Of a stretch of 64,000 bases of DNA, positions 46,917 to 56,651 are shown piece after piece (the first letter of the stretch is position 1; each line of letters opens with the position of its first letter). Position numbers and translations under genes: made by a program. Source of the stretch: Nitrospinaceae bacterium (lineage in GTDB: Bacteria > Nitrospinota > Nitrospinia > Nitrospinales > Nitrospinaceae); contig OZ245011.1 of assembly GCA_965223665.1 (NCBI GenBank), positions 2,400,001 to 2,464,000 on the forward strand. The letters run 5' to 3'. The notes beneath the pieces were generated by a model. The model did not search any database and had not been told where the DNA came from. It saw nothing but the letters and a program-made list of their open reading frames with translations.

Positions 46917-48128
46917 CTAACTTGTTATTTTACAATAGATTGCCTTCAAATAACCTCCCTCTTTAAAAATCACGGGGTGGTCAATTGGATGTTGAGTCTT
47001 AAGAATTTTTTCAAAAGTCCTTCCTGTTTGACGAATTCCCAAGTCCACTGCTCTGTAAAATTCCTTTGGGGTAATTAAAGAGGAGCAAGAAGCAGCAAAC
47101 AAAACCCCACCGGCTTGTGTGCAACTGGCTCCAAATTTGACTAATCGTATGTAGGCCTGAATTGCATTTTTTTTATTTTTTTTACTTTTGGCAAACGCAG
47201 GTGGGTCTAAAACAACCAAATCATACTTTTGATCTACTCTTTTCAATTCATGAAGTACTTTAAAAGCATCTCCTTGAATTTGTTGAAACCTCTCAGAATT
47301 TAAAAGCTGATTTCCAAAGTTTAAGTTAATATTTGCCCTTGATGCTTCCAAAGCATGCTTGTTTATTTCAATTTCAGTAACAGATTCACACTTTCCAGCA
47401 AAAGCATAAACAGAAAATCCTCCTGAGTAGCTAAATACGTTTAAAACATTACAACCAACAGACCTATCTTTAATTTGTCTACGGTTTTCTCGTTGGTCTA
47501 AAAAAAAACCGGTTTTTTGACCATGAATTATATCCGCTTCGAATAATAAACCGTTCTCTTTAAAAATAACGGGCCCTTCAATTAACGAACCAAATAAGAT
47601 TTGACCATTATAATACGAGCTTGTTTGCGTGCGTTCTACATGACCGCTAAATAATAAAACTAATCCTTCTAATTCCTTTATCTCTTGTTGGATTATTTCA
47701 GTTAATTGATCAAGATAGGGTATCCAGGCAGCGGTATAAATTTTTAAAGCCAATATATTTTCATAACGATCTAGTACCAGCCCAGGGAATCCGTCATTCT
47801 CGCCATTTAAAATTCGATAACCGGTAGTTCCATTCCCTTCTAATTCATCCCTTAAAATCAGGGCTTTTTTCAATCTTTCTTGAAAAAAAGCTCTATTAAT
47901 TTCTGTTGGTTTATTTGATTGAAGAATTCTAAGACGTATATCAGAGAAAGGATCATACAATCCAATAGCTAAAAAACGGTTATTTGAATCATAAACAACT
48001 CCTAAATCTCCTACCTTCCCTTCAACATTTATATTTTTTAATTGGTAATAGTAAACCCAAGGGTATCCCTTTTGTAATTTTCTTTGTAAGTTTTTTGAAA
48101 TTTGAATTTTTATTTTACCGGGTGTCAT
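46917..48128 (-). CDS. RlmI-like class I SAM-dependent rRNA m5C methyltransferase
   Basis: PUA-like GYPWVY, GENDGFPGLVLDRY, GQKTGFFLDQRENR, FSYSGGFS, LDPPAF, YLK. Confidence 0.88.
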   Translation of the reverse strand: MTPGKIKIQISKNLQRKLQKGYPWVYYYQLKNINVEGKVGDLGVVYDSNNRFLAIGLYDPFSDIRLRILQSNKPTEINRAFFQERLKKALILRDELEGNGTTGYRILNGENDGFPGLVLDRYENILALKIYTAAWIPYLDQLTEIIQQEIKELEGLVLLFSGHVERTQTSSYYNGQILFGSLIEGPVIFKENGLLFEADIIHGQKTGFFLDQRENRRQIKDRSVGCNVLNVFSYSGGFSVYAFAGKCESVTEIEINKHALEASRANINLNFGNQLLNSERFQQIQGDAFKVLHELKRVDQKYDLVVLDPPAFAKSKKNKKNAIQAYIRLVKFGASCTQAGGVLFAASCSSLITPKEFYRAVDLGIRQTGRTFEKILKTQHPIDHPVIFKEGGYLKAIYCKITS

Positions 48129-48151
48129 ATTGATTCAATGCTTACGTGAAT

Positions 48152-48874
48152 TTATTTTCTTAAGTGAGACAAACTAACCTTTCCCATAATTCCCAAAATA
48201 CGAAACTGTTTTTTCTCAACTAAATTTCTAAACTTGGGTTGCGACCAAACTCTTGGATTGGGTAAAATTGCTGCCAACCAAGCAGACTCTATGGGACTCA
48301 CCCACTTTGGAGAATGATTAAAATACTTTCTAGAAGCAGCATTGCATCCGAAAATCCCATCTCCCCATTCAATAATGTTAAAATAAACTTCTAATATCCT
48401 CTCCTTACTCCACACAAGTTCTATAAGCGTTGTAAAATAAGCTTCCATACTTTTTCTTATCCAATCGCGGTTTTGCCAAAGAAAGACGTTTCGTGCGGTC
48501 TGCATGGAAATCGTACTAGCACCTATGGTCCGTTTAGATTTTTTATTTAATTTAATCGCATGGCTCACCGCTTCCCAATCAAAACCATTGTGCATAAAAA
48601 ATTTTTGATCTTCAGAGGCAATAACTGCCCGAATTAACTGAGGTGATATATCCTTTAGTCGCTTCCAACTCCCTAGAGTTAAGGGATACTTCTCCTGAAA
48701 TCCACTTTCAACCCATCGAATCCACATAAGAGGGGTTGTGGGTGGGTTAAAATATCGAAAAAATAGAACAGGAATCAAGGATATTAACCATAACCCTAGT
48801 AAAAAAAGTAAGATTTTCCGTTTCCAATTAACTTTGGGCGATTTAATATTTTTTTTTCTTGGTTTCCTACCCAT
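48152..48874 (-). CDS. mtgA: Monofunctional peptidoglycan transglycosylase
   Basis: ASEDQKF..H.GFD, GASTISMQTARN, RK..E, LEVY.N..EWG, LAAILPNP. Confidence 0.95.
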   Translation of the reverse strand: MGRKPRKKNIKSPKVNWKRKILLFLLGLWLISLIPVLFFRYFNPPTTPLMWIRWVESGFQEKYPLTLGSWKRLKDISPQLIRAVIASEDQKFFMHNGFDWEAVSHAIKLNKKSKRTIGASTISMQTARNVFLWQNRDWIRKSMEAYFTTLIELVWSKERILEVYFNIIEWGDGIFGCNAASRKYFNHSPKWVSPIESAWLAAILPNPRVWSQPKFRNLVEKKQFRILGIMGKVSLSHLRK

Positions 48875-48951
48875 GTTTAAACTATTTCAAAGAAATTTTA
48901 TATATAAAAAGTAGGAAAGAAAAAATTGTACGGATGACACAATCCTTGGGG

Positions 48952-50106
48952 TTAACTTTGTGTCAATAATTGGTCGTAGCCTTTAACTATCTTTAAAAAG
49001 TTGGACATTAAAAGGTCAGGAATTTGACGACGGTATTTTTTATGATGTTTAAATTTGAAGGGATTATAAATAATTCTTTTTTTATCGCGGCTTCTGATTT
49101 CATAATGAAGGTGGGGGGCAAAACTACGTCCGGTGTTACCTGAGTCAGCAATTAATTCTCCCTGTTTAACTTTCTGTCCAGGCTTAGTATGAACTTTGTC
49201 CAAATGAAGATATAGAGTCTTGATACCTAACTTAGGATGATCTATTTCAATACAATTTCCATTTCTCCTTCTGTTCCAATTTATTCTAGTCACTTGACCT
49301 TCAAAACTAGAAAAAACCGGGGATCCAACAATTGTTTTAAAGTCAGTTCCAGCATGTCCTGGCCGTCCTTCTCTAAAATCACCTGGCAAAGAAGTTATTT
49401 CTTCATATTTGAGTATGGGAGCCGACTGAGGACCCAGATGAGCCACAACTTCACGTCCATTTTTATCAAAATAACTTCCGTGAACCATTGTTGGGGTCCT
49501 AAAATAATTCATTTGTAACGTTTGATTTAAAAACCGGCTGGTGTAAGACAATTTTAAAATTCGAAATCGGTCCGGGTTATCCAAAGTTTTATAGACCAAA
49601 TGAAGTGAGTCCCCCTTGCGTAAGGAGCGATTCACATCCATTCGCCAAGATAATAACCGCGCAACCAAAGCGGCTAAAAACTGACAGTCCCCCGTCATTT
49701 TATTTTTACAAAAAGAATAGGTTAATGAATGACGGATTTTTAAACTTATTGTTTGCAAACTTTCAGGGTTTTCAGGTTTAACGTGCATAGCAACCTGAAC
49801 CCTATTGGGATTTTCAGGAAAAATTAAAGTTTTTTCCTCATAATTTTGGATGAGTGAGTTTTCTTTGATTTTGGATTGGATTTTAAATTCGGTTTTATTA
49901 AATTTTACCTGCTCTTTTTTTTCAGAAATTGATTGTGAGTCTCCGTTAGGGTTTGCTTGCGCAATATTTAACCCCTGAGAACTATAAAGAACAAAATAAA
50001 CAATTAAAGCAAAAAATAGAAAGGCCAAAATATACCAAACTTTATAAGACTTCTTGGTCTTTTTCCCCGGCCAATCTTGATTTTCTAGTACTAAAGGTCT
50101 GTGCAT
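48952..50106 (-). CDS. M23 family metallopeptidase
   Basis: HAGTD, YLHL, SGNTGRSFAPHLHYE. N-terminal TM. Confidence 0.92.
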   Translation of the reverse strand: MHRPLVLENQDWPGKKTKKSYKVWYILAFLFFALIVYFVLYSSQGLNIAQANPNGDSQSISEKKEQVKFNKTEFKIQSKIKENSLIQNYEEKTLIFPENPNRVQVAMHVKPENPESLQTISLKIRHSLTYSFCKNKMTGDCQFLAALVARLLSWRMDVNRSLRKGDSLHLVYKTLDNPDRFRILKLSYTSRFLNQTLQMNYFRTPTMVHGSYFDKNGREVVAHLGPQSAPILKYEEITSLPGDFREGRPGHAGTDFKTIVGSPVFSSFEGQVTRINWNRRRNGNCIEIDHPKLGIKTLYLHLDKVHTKPGQKVKQGELIADSGNTGRSFAPHLHYEIRSRDKKRIIYNPFKFKHHKKYRRQIPDLLMSNFLKIVKGYDQLLTQS

Positions 50107-50257
50107 TTAGCAGTGATCCGTATTTTCTTTTAGTAGGAAGTTAGCGAGTATTATTAGCGTTGGGAAACCGCAAATGGGGGAAATATATCCTTCCAATCTA
50201 TAATTTCAATTCACTTTATAGTGAAAAGTCCGTATATTATGACAAAACGCCAATCAT

Positions 50258-50285
50258 TTGACAACCATTTTTAAACAGGTAAGTT
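50258..50285 (+). promoter_or_regulatory. Candidate sigma70 promoter of SplB-like gene
   Basis: TTGACA-N16-TAAGTT, 22 nt upstream of ATG 50308. Confidence 0.5.
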
Positions 50286-50307
50286 TAAATTTTTCAAATA
50301 ATTAACT

Positions 50308-51396
50308 ATGTTCCTGCCTGAAGCCATTTATCTGGACCCTGGGGTAGAAACCTACTCTTTGACTCAAAAAGTATTATCCTCTTATCCTGATTTGCCTAAT
50401 AAGAGTAACTTCTCGATAGACCAAATTACTGGCAAATTAAACCGAGAGTCTAAAGATGTATTTGGATCGGCAAAAAAGATTTTACTGTTATCTCATTTTA
50501 AAGGGTCCTTTCTAAAAAAATGCCCAGGAATTAGCCCTGGGATGGTTTGCTGCAATTACTACGTTGTAAACCTAATTAAAAACTGTTCCTATGATTGCTC
50601 ATATTGTTTTCTTCAAGACTTTCTTGAAAATAATCCAATTCTTAACGCTTATGTAAACATCGAAGATTTGCTAAATGAATTAGAAGAAGTATTTTTTAAA
50701 TTTCCCGATCGCTCGTTCCGTATTGGAACGGGTGAGTTAACTGACAGCTTGGCTTTAGATACCATCCTTCCTTACACGGATTATTTGATTCCTTTTTTTA
50801 ATGTTCAAAATAATGCCATATTAGAGTTAAAAACCAAATCTGACCAAATAGACAATTTACTAAAACAACCCGACCCTACAAACATTATTGTTTCTTGGTC
50901 TTTAAATCCTGAATCCATCTCCTCAATTGAAGAAAAAGGAACACCTTCTCCAACAAGTCGGATAGAAGCTGCCAGGCTCTGTCAAGAAAAGGGGTATAAA
51001 ATTGGATTTCATTTTGATCCCATTATCCTTTTTCCAGGTTGGGAAAAAGATTATGAACAAATGATCGGTAGTTTATTTCAAGAAATTTCACCTTCCCACA
51101 TTGAATGGATCAGCTTAGGTAGTTTTCGATATAGGCCTAACCTCAAAAAAATTATTAAAGATCGTCACCCCAAAACCCTTCTCTTCACTCAAGAGCACAC
51201 TCCAGGTGAGGATGGAAAATTCAGGTATTTTAGGCCACTTCGCAATCATGCCTATGAAACCATTAGAAATTTAATAAAAAAAAAGGAGCCTGATTTAAAT
51301 GTTTACTTGTGTATGGAAACTAAAGAAATTTGGGAAGGAGTGACTGGGAAAATGCCTAGAAGTGATAAAAAACTAGACCAGTTTTTTGATCTTTAA
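50308..51396 (+). CDS. Spore photoproduct lyase (SplB)-like radical SAM protein
   Basis: NCSYDCSYCFLQ, GTGELTDSL, ELKTKS, SWSLNP, GFHFDP, DGKFRY, YLCME. Confidence 0.88.
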   Translation: MFLPEAIYLDPGVETYSLTQKVLSSYPDLPNKSNFSIDQITGKLNRESKDVFGSAKKILLLSHFKGSFLKKCPGISPGMVCCNYYVVNLIKNCSYDCSYCFLQDFLENNPILNAYVNIEDLLNELEEVFFKFPDRSFRIGTGELTDSLALDTILPYTDYLIPFFNVQNNAILELKTKSDQIDNLLKQPDPTNIIVSWSLNPESISSIEEKGTPSPTSRIEAARLCQEKGYKIGFHFDPIILFPGWEKDYEQMIGSLFQEISPSHIEWISLGSFRYRPNLKKIIKDRHPKTLLFTQEHTPGEDGKFRYFRPLRNHAYETIRNLIKKKEPDLNVYLCMETKEIWEGVTGKMPRSDKKLDQFFDL

Positions 51397-51403
51397 TTAG
51401 AGG

Positions 51404-52507
51404 CTACAACCGCATGGGCATTACAATACTTAAAAAATCTTTGTCTTCACTTAGAGTAATTAAACAGGAATTATTTTGATCCTTTAAATTGAGGACTACC
51501 TCATCTTCATCAATTGCACCCAAAACATCCAAAACATATCTTGCATTTAATCCAATGGTTACCTCTTCACCTTGATATTTAATCTCAAGTTCTTCATTCG
51601 CATCACCTAACTCAGTGTTATCAGAAACCAGCGTTAAACTACCGGGTCTAATTTCAAAACGCACCATTTTAGATTTTTCATCCGCTAACAAAGCAACTCG
51701 TTTTAGGGCATGGCTTAAATCTTGTTTATTGACTCCCACCTGTAATTCATTATCGGAAGGAATTACTTGGCGATAATTAGGAAATTTTCCATCCACTTTT
51801 CGACTCACGATGACCTGTTTATCCTGAATAAACGCCATTTGATTATCTTTTTCAGAAAATGCATATACAGAATCTTCATTCTCGATAAAACGTAAAAGCT
51901 CTGTTAACACTTTCTTTGGCAAAAGGTAACCCGTCTTATTTTTAGTTTTGGTATTTGCCAAGGCCCTTTTAATAAATGCTAAACGATGGCCATCAGTGCC
52001 AACCATATTTACTTTACCATTATCGCACTCGAGGAGGAGACCATTAAGTGCCTGTCGAGTTTCATCAGGAGAAATTGCAAACAGAGTTTTTCGAATCATT
52101 TCTTTTAAAAGACTTCCTTTAAACTCCATTAATGGCTCTTCACTATATTCCGGAAGTTTTGGAAAATCTTCTGGTGGTAAACCAGGTAAACGAAATTTAG
52201 ATTTACCACATTTTAAAGAAACCCAATCATTTTCCTCTTGATAAAAATGAATTTCTAATTCGGGTAACTCTTTTACAATATCAAAAAGCTTTTTTGCATT
52301 AATTGACACCGAACCTTGAGAAACAACTTTAGCAGGATAAGTTCCGGTCATTCCAATCTCTAAATCGGTAGCCTTCAACAGGATTCCCTCCTTATGAGTT
52401 GAAATAAGAACATGAGACAGAATAGGCATGGCCCCTTTGCTCTCAACTATACCTTGGACTTTATTCAGGCCATGAAGAAATATATTTCTGTCAATTTTTA
52501 TTTCCAT
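51404..52507 (-). CDS. dnaN: DNA polymerase III beta sliding clamp
   Basis: Minus strand (track's + label is wrong; reverse complement of 51404-51430 gives SIVMPMRL*). MPILSHVL, ATDLE, TDGHRL, FPNYRQVIP, VMPMRL. Confidence 0.97.
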   Translation of the reverse strand: MEIKIDRNIFLHGLNKVQGIVESKGAMPILSHVLISTHKEGILLKATDLEIGMTGTYPAKVVSQGSVSINAKKLFDIVKELPELEIHFYQEENDWVSLKCGKSKFRLPGLPPEDFPKLPEYSEEPLMEFKGSLLKEMIRKTLFAISPDETRQALNGLLLECDNGKVNMVGTDGHRLAFIKRALANTKTKNKTGYLLPKKVLTELLRFIENEDSVYAFSEKDNQMAFIQDKQVIVSRKVDGKFPNYRQVIPSDNELQVGVNKQDLSHALKRVALLADEKSKMVRFEIRPGSLTLVSDNTELGDANEELEIKYQGEEVTIGLNARYVLDVLGAIDEDEVVLNLKDQNNSCLITLSEDKDFLSIVMPMRL

Positions 52508-52545
52508 CGTCCCCCCTGGCAGGTAAGTTTTGTAAAACGGTCATT

Positions 52546-52574
52546 AATTTACACAAATCCCCAAGACCTGTCAA
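52546..52574 (-). promoter_or_regulatory. Sigma70 promoter of dnaN
   Basis: Minus strand TTGACA-N17-TAAATT with TG extension. GGGGGG SD before the ATG. Confidence 0.7.
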
Positions 52575-52688
52575 AGCAATAATCGGAGCATTCCTATGTC
52601 CTTTCCCCAATAGAACAATTCTCATTTTAAGCTCAGTAGCTTCTTGAACTAAATGCAAATTCAATTTTCTAAAACTTATAGTGAATCC

Positions 52689-52718
52689 TTGACTTTGTTA
52701 AATAACGCGTGTTAATTT
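52689..52718 (+). promoter_or_regulatory. Candidate sigma70 promoter of aroF
   Basis: TTGACT-N18-TAATTT with TGn extension. AAGGA SD downstream. Confidence 0.5.
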
Positions 52719-52744
52719 CAAGGTTCACGTAAGGAAAAATACTT

Positions 52745-53761
52745 ATGATTATAGTGATAAAACCAGGTGCCAAACCTGAAGAAATTCAGGCTATTAAGGA
52801 AAAAATTCATTCTCTAGGGTATAAGACCCATGAAATTGTTGGGGTTGAACGCCAGGTAATTGGTGCCGTAGGGGAAGATCATGGGAAGGATCGCCTTCAA
52901 GTCCTGGAGTCCATGCCTGGAGTAGAAGATGTTATTCCCATTCTTAAACCCTATAAACTTGCTGGTCGAGAAATAAAAAATGCCAACTCTGTTGTGAATT
53001 GCAATGGTTTGGAAGTGGGTGGTAAATCTATTGCGATTATGGCTGGTCCTTGTTCAGTTGAGAGTGAAGAACAGTTGATGACTACGGCAAAGTCGGTTAA
53101 ATCATCTGGAGCTAATATGCTTCGTGGGGGTGCATTTAAACCAAGAACTTCACCTTATAGTTTCCAGGGATTAGAAGAAGAAGGCTTAAAACTTCTCGAC
53201 GCGGCCAAAAAAGAAACGGGTCTTCCAATTGTCACTGAGGTAATGAATCCTCGTGAAGTCGATCTAGTGGCCAAGTATGCCGATGTTCTTCAAGTGGGGG
53301 CCAGAAATGTACAAAACTTTTCCCTTCTAAAAGAATTAGGTCGAGTCGATAAACCGGTCCTTTTAAAGCGGGGAATGATGACAACCATCAAAGAGTTTTT
53401 AATGTCGGCGGAATATATCCTTTCTGAGGGCAATAAAAATGTAATCCTTTGCGAACGCGGGATTCGCACGTTTGAAACAGCCACACGCAATACTTTAGAT
53501 ATAAGCTGCGTTCCGGTATTAAAAAAAGAAACACATTTACCAATAATAATTGATCCCAGTCACGCTACGGGGCACTGGGACTTAGTGGAACCCATGGCAC
53601 GTGCTTCGATTGCTGCTGGTGCTGATGGGCTAATGATCGAGGTCCATCCGGATCCTATCAATGCTTATTCCGACGGACCTCAGTCCCTGAAGCTTGATAA
53701 ATTTGCTCATTTGATTGAAAACATTCGCCCATTCATCAAACTGATGCAAAGAGAGTTGTAA
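52745..53761 (+). CDS. aroF: DAHP synthase, type I-beta with N-terminal regulatory domain
   Basis: AGPCSVES, RGGAFKPRTSPYSFQG, GARN.QNF, CERGIRTF, DPSH, SDGPQSL. Confidence 0.95.
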   Translation: MIIVIKPGAKPEEIQAIKEKIHSLGYKTHEIVGVERQVIGAVGEDHGKDRLQVLESMPGVEDVIPILKPYKLAGREIKNANSVVNCNGLEVGGKSIAIMAGPCSVESEEQLMTTAKSVKSSGANMLRGGAFKPRTSPYSFQGLEEEGLKLLDAAKKETGLPIVTEVMNPREVDLVAKYADVLQVGARNVQNFSLLKELGRVDKPVLLKRGMMTTIKEFLMSAEYILSEGNKNVILCERGIRTFETATRNTLDISCVPVLKKETHLPIIIDPSHATGHWDLVEPMARASIAAGADGLMIEVHPDPINAYSDGPQSLKLDKFAHLIENIRPFIKLMQREL

Positions 53762-53908
53762 TCACTCCTAATACTATCCATTGACTTTACTTTTCTTTTT
53801 CCACTTCCTTGAATCCCCTGTAATTTTGATATATTCTGTGACAGAATCTATATTTTTTAAAGAATAGTCCAATTAACTTCTTATAAATTTTGGATTAATT
53901 TATTTGTA

Positions 53909-56641
53909 ATGATTGACCTTTACCTTAGTAACCGCAATCAGGCTAAGGATTATCATTCAGCCCTTTCCTCTGAAATCCTTCAAACGGTTCAACCTGAAAC
54001 TTTACCTAAATTCGATTTAGATAAAGGCCAATCTTATTATCTAGAATTTAAAAACCGAATCCTGAAGATAATTGACAGGGAAACTACCGATCTTCAAAAA
54101 GAACTCTCCCATTCTGAAAATAGCCACCTTCTTTTATTAAAGAGAACCTATCTGGTAGATGCAATTATTCAAGTTAGTTTTAAATCTGCTCTACACTTGT
54201 TAAATCAAACTACTGGTGAAAACCACTTAAAAGAAAATGATCTGCCCCTTGCCATCGTTGCACGAGGGGGTTATGGGCGAGAGGAGATGTATTTTAGATC
54301 TAATGTAGAATTTCAGTTAGTTTTTCGCGCTGACCTCAATATTGAAGAAGAAAAAATAGTCGATGAATTTACTAATTTCTTTAATTATTTGTTTAGCTAT
54401 CAGGAAATTTTTTCAACATCTATAAGCTCAGGGCCATCAGAAATTAATCCAGAAGAACAGGAAATGAATACCGCTCGGTTCGCATCATTTCATTCTTTAT
54501 TAGAACATCGATTGATTGCAGGGAACCATTTGGTCTATAACGAATTCAAGAGTTCCATTAAGACTGCGGCAATATTTCATAAGGATGAAATTCTTCGGGA
54601 ATGCTTGAAACATCGTACTTATTTTGAAATTCAAAATACAGTTTTCAAACAGGAACCCAATATTAAAGAAGAATTACTTCGAGTTTATTGGGCTGTCAGT
54701 GTGGTCAGGATTCGCGAGTCCATCGACAAAACCAATTTGTTCGAATTATTATCTGAACTTTATTCAAAAAATATCTTAAGTTCTCCAGCCTTTAAAAAAA
54801 TGCAAAGCGGTTTAAATTTCCTTTCCAGGGTCCGTCTCTTCTTGCACTGCCATCAACATGGCTCACACAGGGATGAATTAAGCTACGAAGTCAGGGATAA
54901 AATAACCGAATCGATGGGGTACAAGAAAGATGTTAATAAATTTTTCAATGAATATTTTTATCAAGCAGTTTTGCCCCTAAAACGATTAAGCCGCAATATA
55001 TTCTGGGAAAGTGTTTCGTTTCCAACTAGTCAGTCAAAAACACTTAATAAAGTCTTTTGTGTGAACTCAGAGAATCAAATTACTTTTAACGATCCTAAAA
55101 TTTCTTATTCATGGAACCCACCAACCTCGGTATTAGAATTGTTCACTCTGGTATCTCGAAAAAATTACTTTCTGGCCTTTCCCGTAATTCGGTCAATAGA
55201 ATCGAATATTGAGCAAATGTACCCCCTATTTCAGGAAACAGAAAATGCAAAAGCAATCCAGTCATACTTTCAAAATATTATAAAAGGAAAATATTTTGCG
55301 AAAGCCATTCGCTACTTACATGAATTTAATTTATTAGAAAACTTTTTTATTCCTGAGTTTAAAAATTTAACTGGTCTTCTTCAAGATATTTACGTTCACA
55401 TATTCCCTACTGATATTCATATTCTGGCTGCATTAGACGCTCTCAACAAAATTGAAACTGACTCTGAGGTAGATCCGTTTTTAAGTGAACTTTATCAATC
55501 CTTAAAAAATAAAACCATTATTAAACTCTCAGTATTATTACATGACATTGGAAAAGGATTAAAAGCTCCGGGAGAAAATGAAGAACTAATTGGTGCACGG
55601 GCTATCCCACAAATATTAAATAAGTTAGGTTATGGGAATAATAAACGTTTAGTAGAAGATGTTGCCTTTTTAGTTGAAAAGCATCTGATGATGCATGACC
55701 TGATGCTTCTCGATCCGGATGAAGATGAAACTCACAACATGATTTGGGACTTAGTTAACAAAGATGTTGAACGGTTCAAAATGTTAATTTTGTTGACCTA
55801 TGCCGATAGGGCCGGAACAAAAATGAAAATGTCCAAAACCCAAATAGATCAACTCAAATACTTTTATCAAAGTATGTTGTACCATCAAAAGCGAGTAAGT
55901 GTCCCAAATGAAGTCCAGGCAGAATTTTTTAAAATGATCCGTTTGCCAAGAGATCTTCAAGCACATCTACAAATTTATCATCAATTTAAAAATTCAAAGG
56001 ATCAATTTGCAGCAGAATTTTTTTTTAAACCCGAGCAATCTTCTGAGCTAGTGGTTTGCACTAAAGATCAACCCGGTCTTTTATATAAAATTTCTGCTAT
56101 TTTGGCCTTTAATCAACTAAGTATTTCAGAAGCAAATATCCATACTTCTAAAGACAATGTTTTTGATGTTTTTAAGGTTTGTGGCCCAACCAGAGACCCC
56201 ATCGCGTTTTCAAATTTTTCCTACTTACAGAAACAACTTAAAGAAGATTTAAAAAAGGTTTTTGTTGAAAAAACCCCCATTTCCTTATTGTATAAAGACC
56301 GCACCTTAAGCTCAAAATGGGAAGAAGAAAAATTTAAAGAAATAAAGCTTAAAATTGCCATCATTGGTAGAGCGGTAAAAATTGAAACTCATGATATTAT
56401 TGGGACCATAATGTTGGAAACCCAGGTTTTTTCTCAGCTAAATATGGAAATCCAAAGGGCTGTCATACATACCAACTATGGTTCAGCTTCTAATATTTTT
56501 TATTTAAGACCCGAGGATGTTCATACAATTATTAGAGAAGAAAATAAGTTTAAAAACATGTTAAAAAGTTCCTTACAACCTCTTATTCATAACACTCCCA
56601 TTTTTCCGAAAGAATCAACGGGAGTTACTAATACAAAATAG
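53909..56641 (+). CDS. GlnD-like protein (degenerate NTase + HD + ACT domains)
   Basis: ARGGYGR but SNVE in place of SDxD. EPNIKE, H..PTDIH, LLHDIGKG, HLMM, LTYAD, ACT DQPGLL. Confidence 0.85.
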   Translation: MIDLYLSNRNQAKDYHSALSSEILQTVQPETLPKFDLDKGQSYYLEFKNRILKIIDRETTDLQKELSHSENSHLLLLKRTYLVDAIIQVSFKSALHLLNQTTGENHLKENDLPLAIVARGGYGREEMYFRSNVEFQLVFRADLNIEEEKIVDEFTNFFNYLFSYQEIFSTSISSGPSEINPEEQEMNTARFASFHSLLEHRLIAGNHLVYNEFKSSIKTAAIFHKDEILRECLKHRTYFEIQNTVFKQEPNIKEELLRVYWAVSVVRIRESIDKTNLFELLSELYSKNILSSPAFKKMQSGLNFLSRVRLFLHCHQHGSHRDELSYEVRDKITESMGYKKDVNKFFNEYFYQAVLPLKRLSRNIFWESVSFPTSQSKTLNKVFCVNSENQITFNDPKISYSWNPPTSVLELFTLVSRKNYFLAFPVIRSIESNIEQMYPLFQETENAKAIQSYFQNIIKGKYFAKAIRYLHEFNLLENFFIPEFKNLTGLLQDIYVHIFPTDIHILAALDALNKIETDSEVDPFLSELYQSLKNKTIIKLSVLLHDIGKGLKAPGENEELIGARAIPQILNKLGYGNNKRLVEDVAFLVEKHLMMHDLMLLDPDEDETHNMIWDLVNKDVERFKMLILLTYADRAGTKMKMSKTQIDQLKYFYQSMLYHQKRVSVPNEVQAEFFKMIRLPRDLQAHLQIYHQFKNSKDQFAAEFFFKPEQSSELVVCTKDQPGLLYKISAILAFNQLSISEANIHTSKDNVFDVFKVCGPTRDPIAFSNFSYLQKQLKEDLKKVFVEKTPISLLYKDRTLSSKWEEEKFKEIKLKIAIIGRAVKIETHDIIGTIMLETQVFSQLNMEIQRAVIHTNYGSASNIFYLRPEDVHTIIREENKFKNMLKSSLQPLIHNTPIFPKESTGVTNTK

Positions 56642-56651
56642 AAAAATACTT

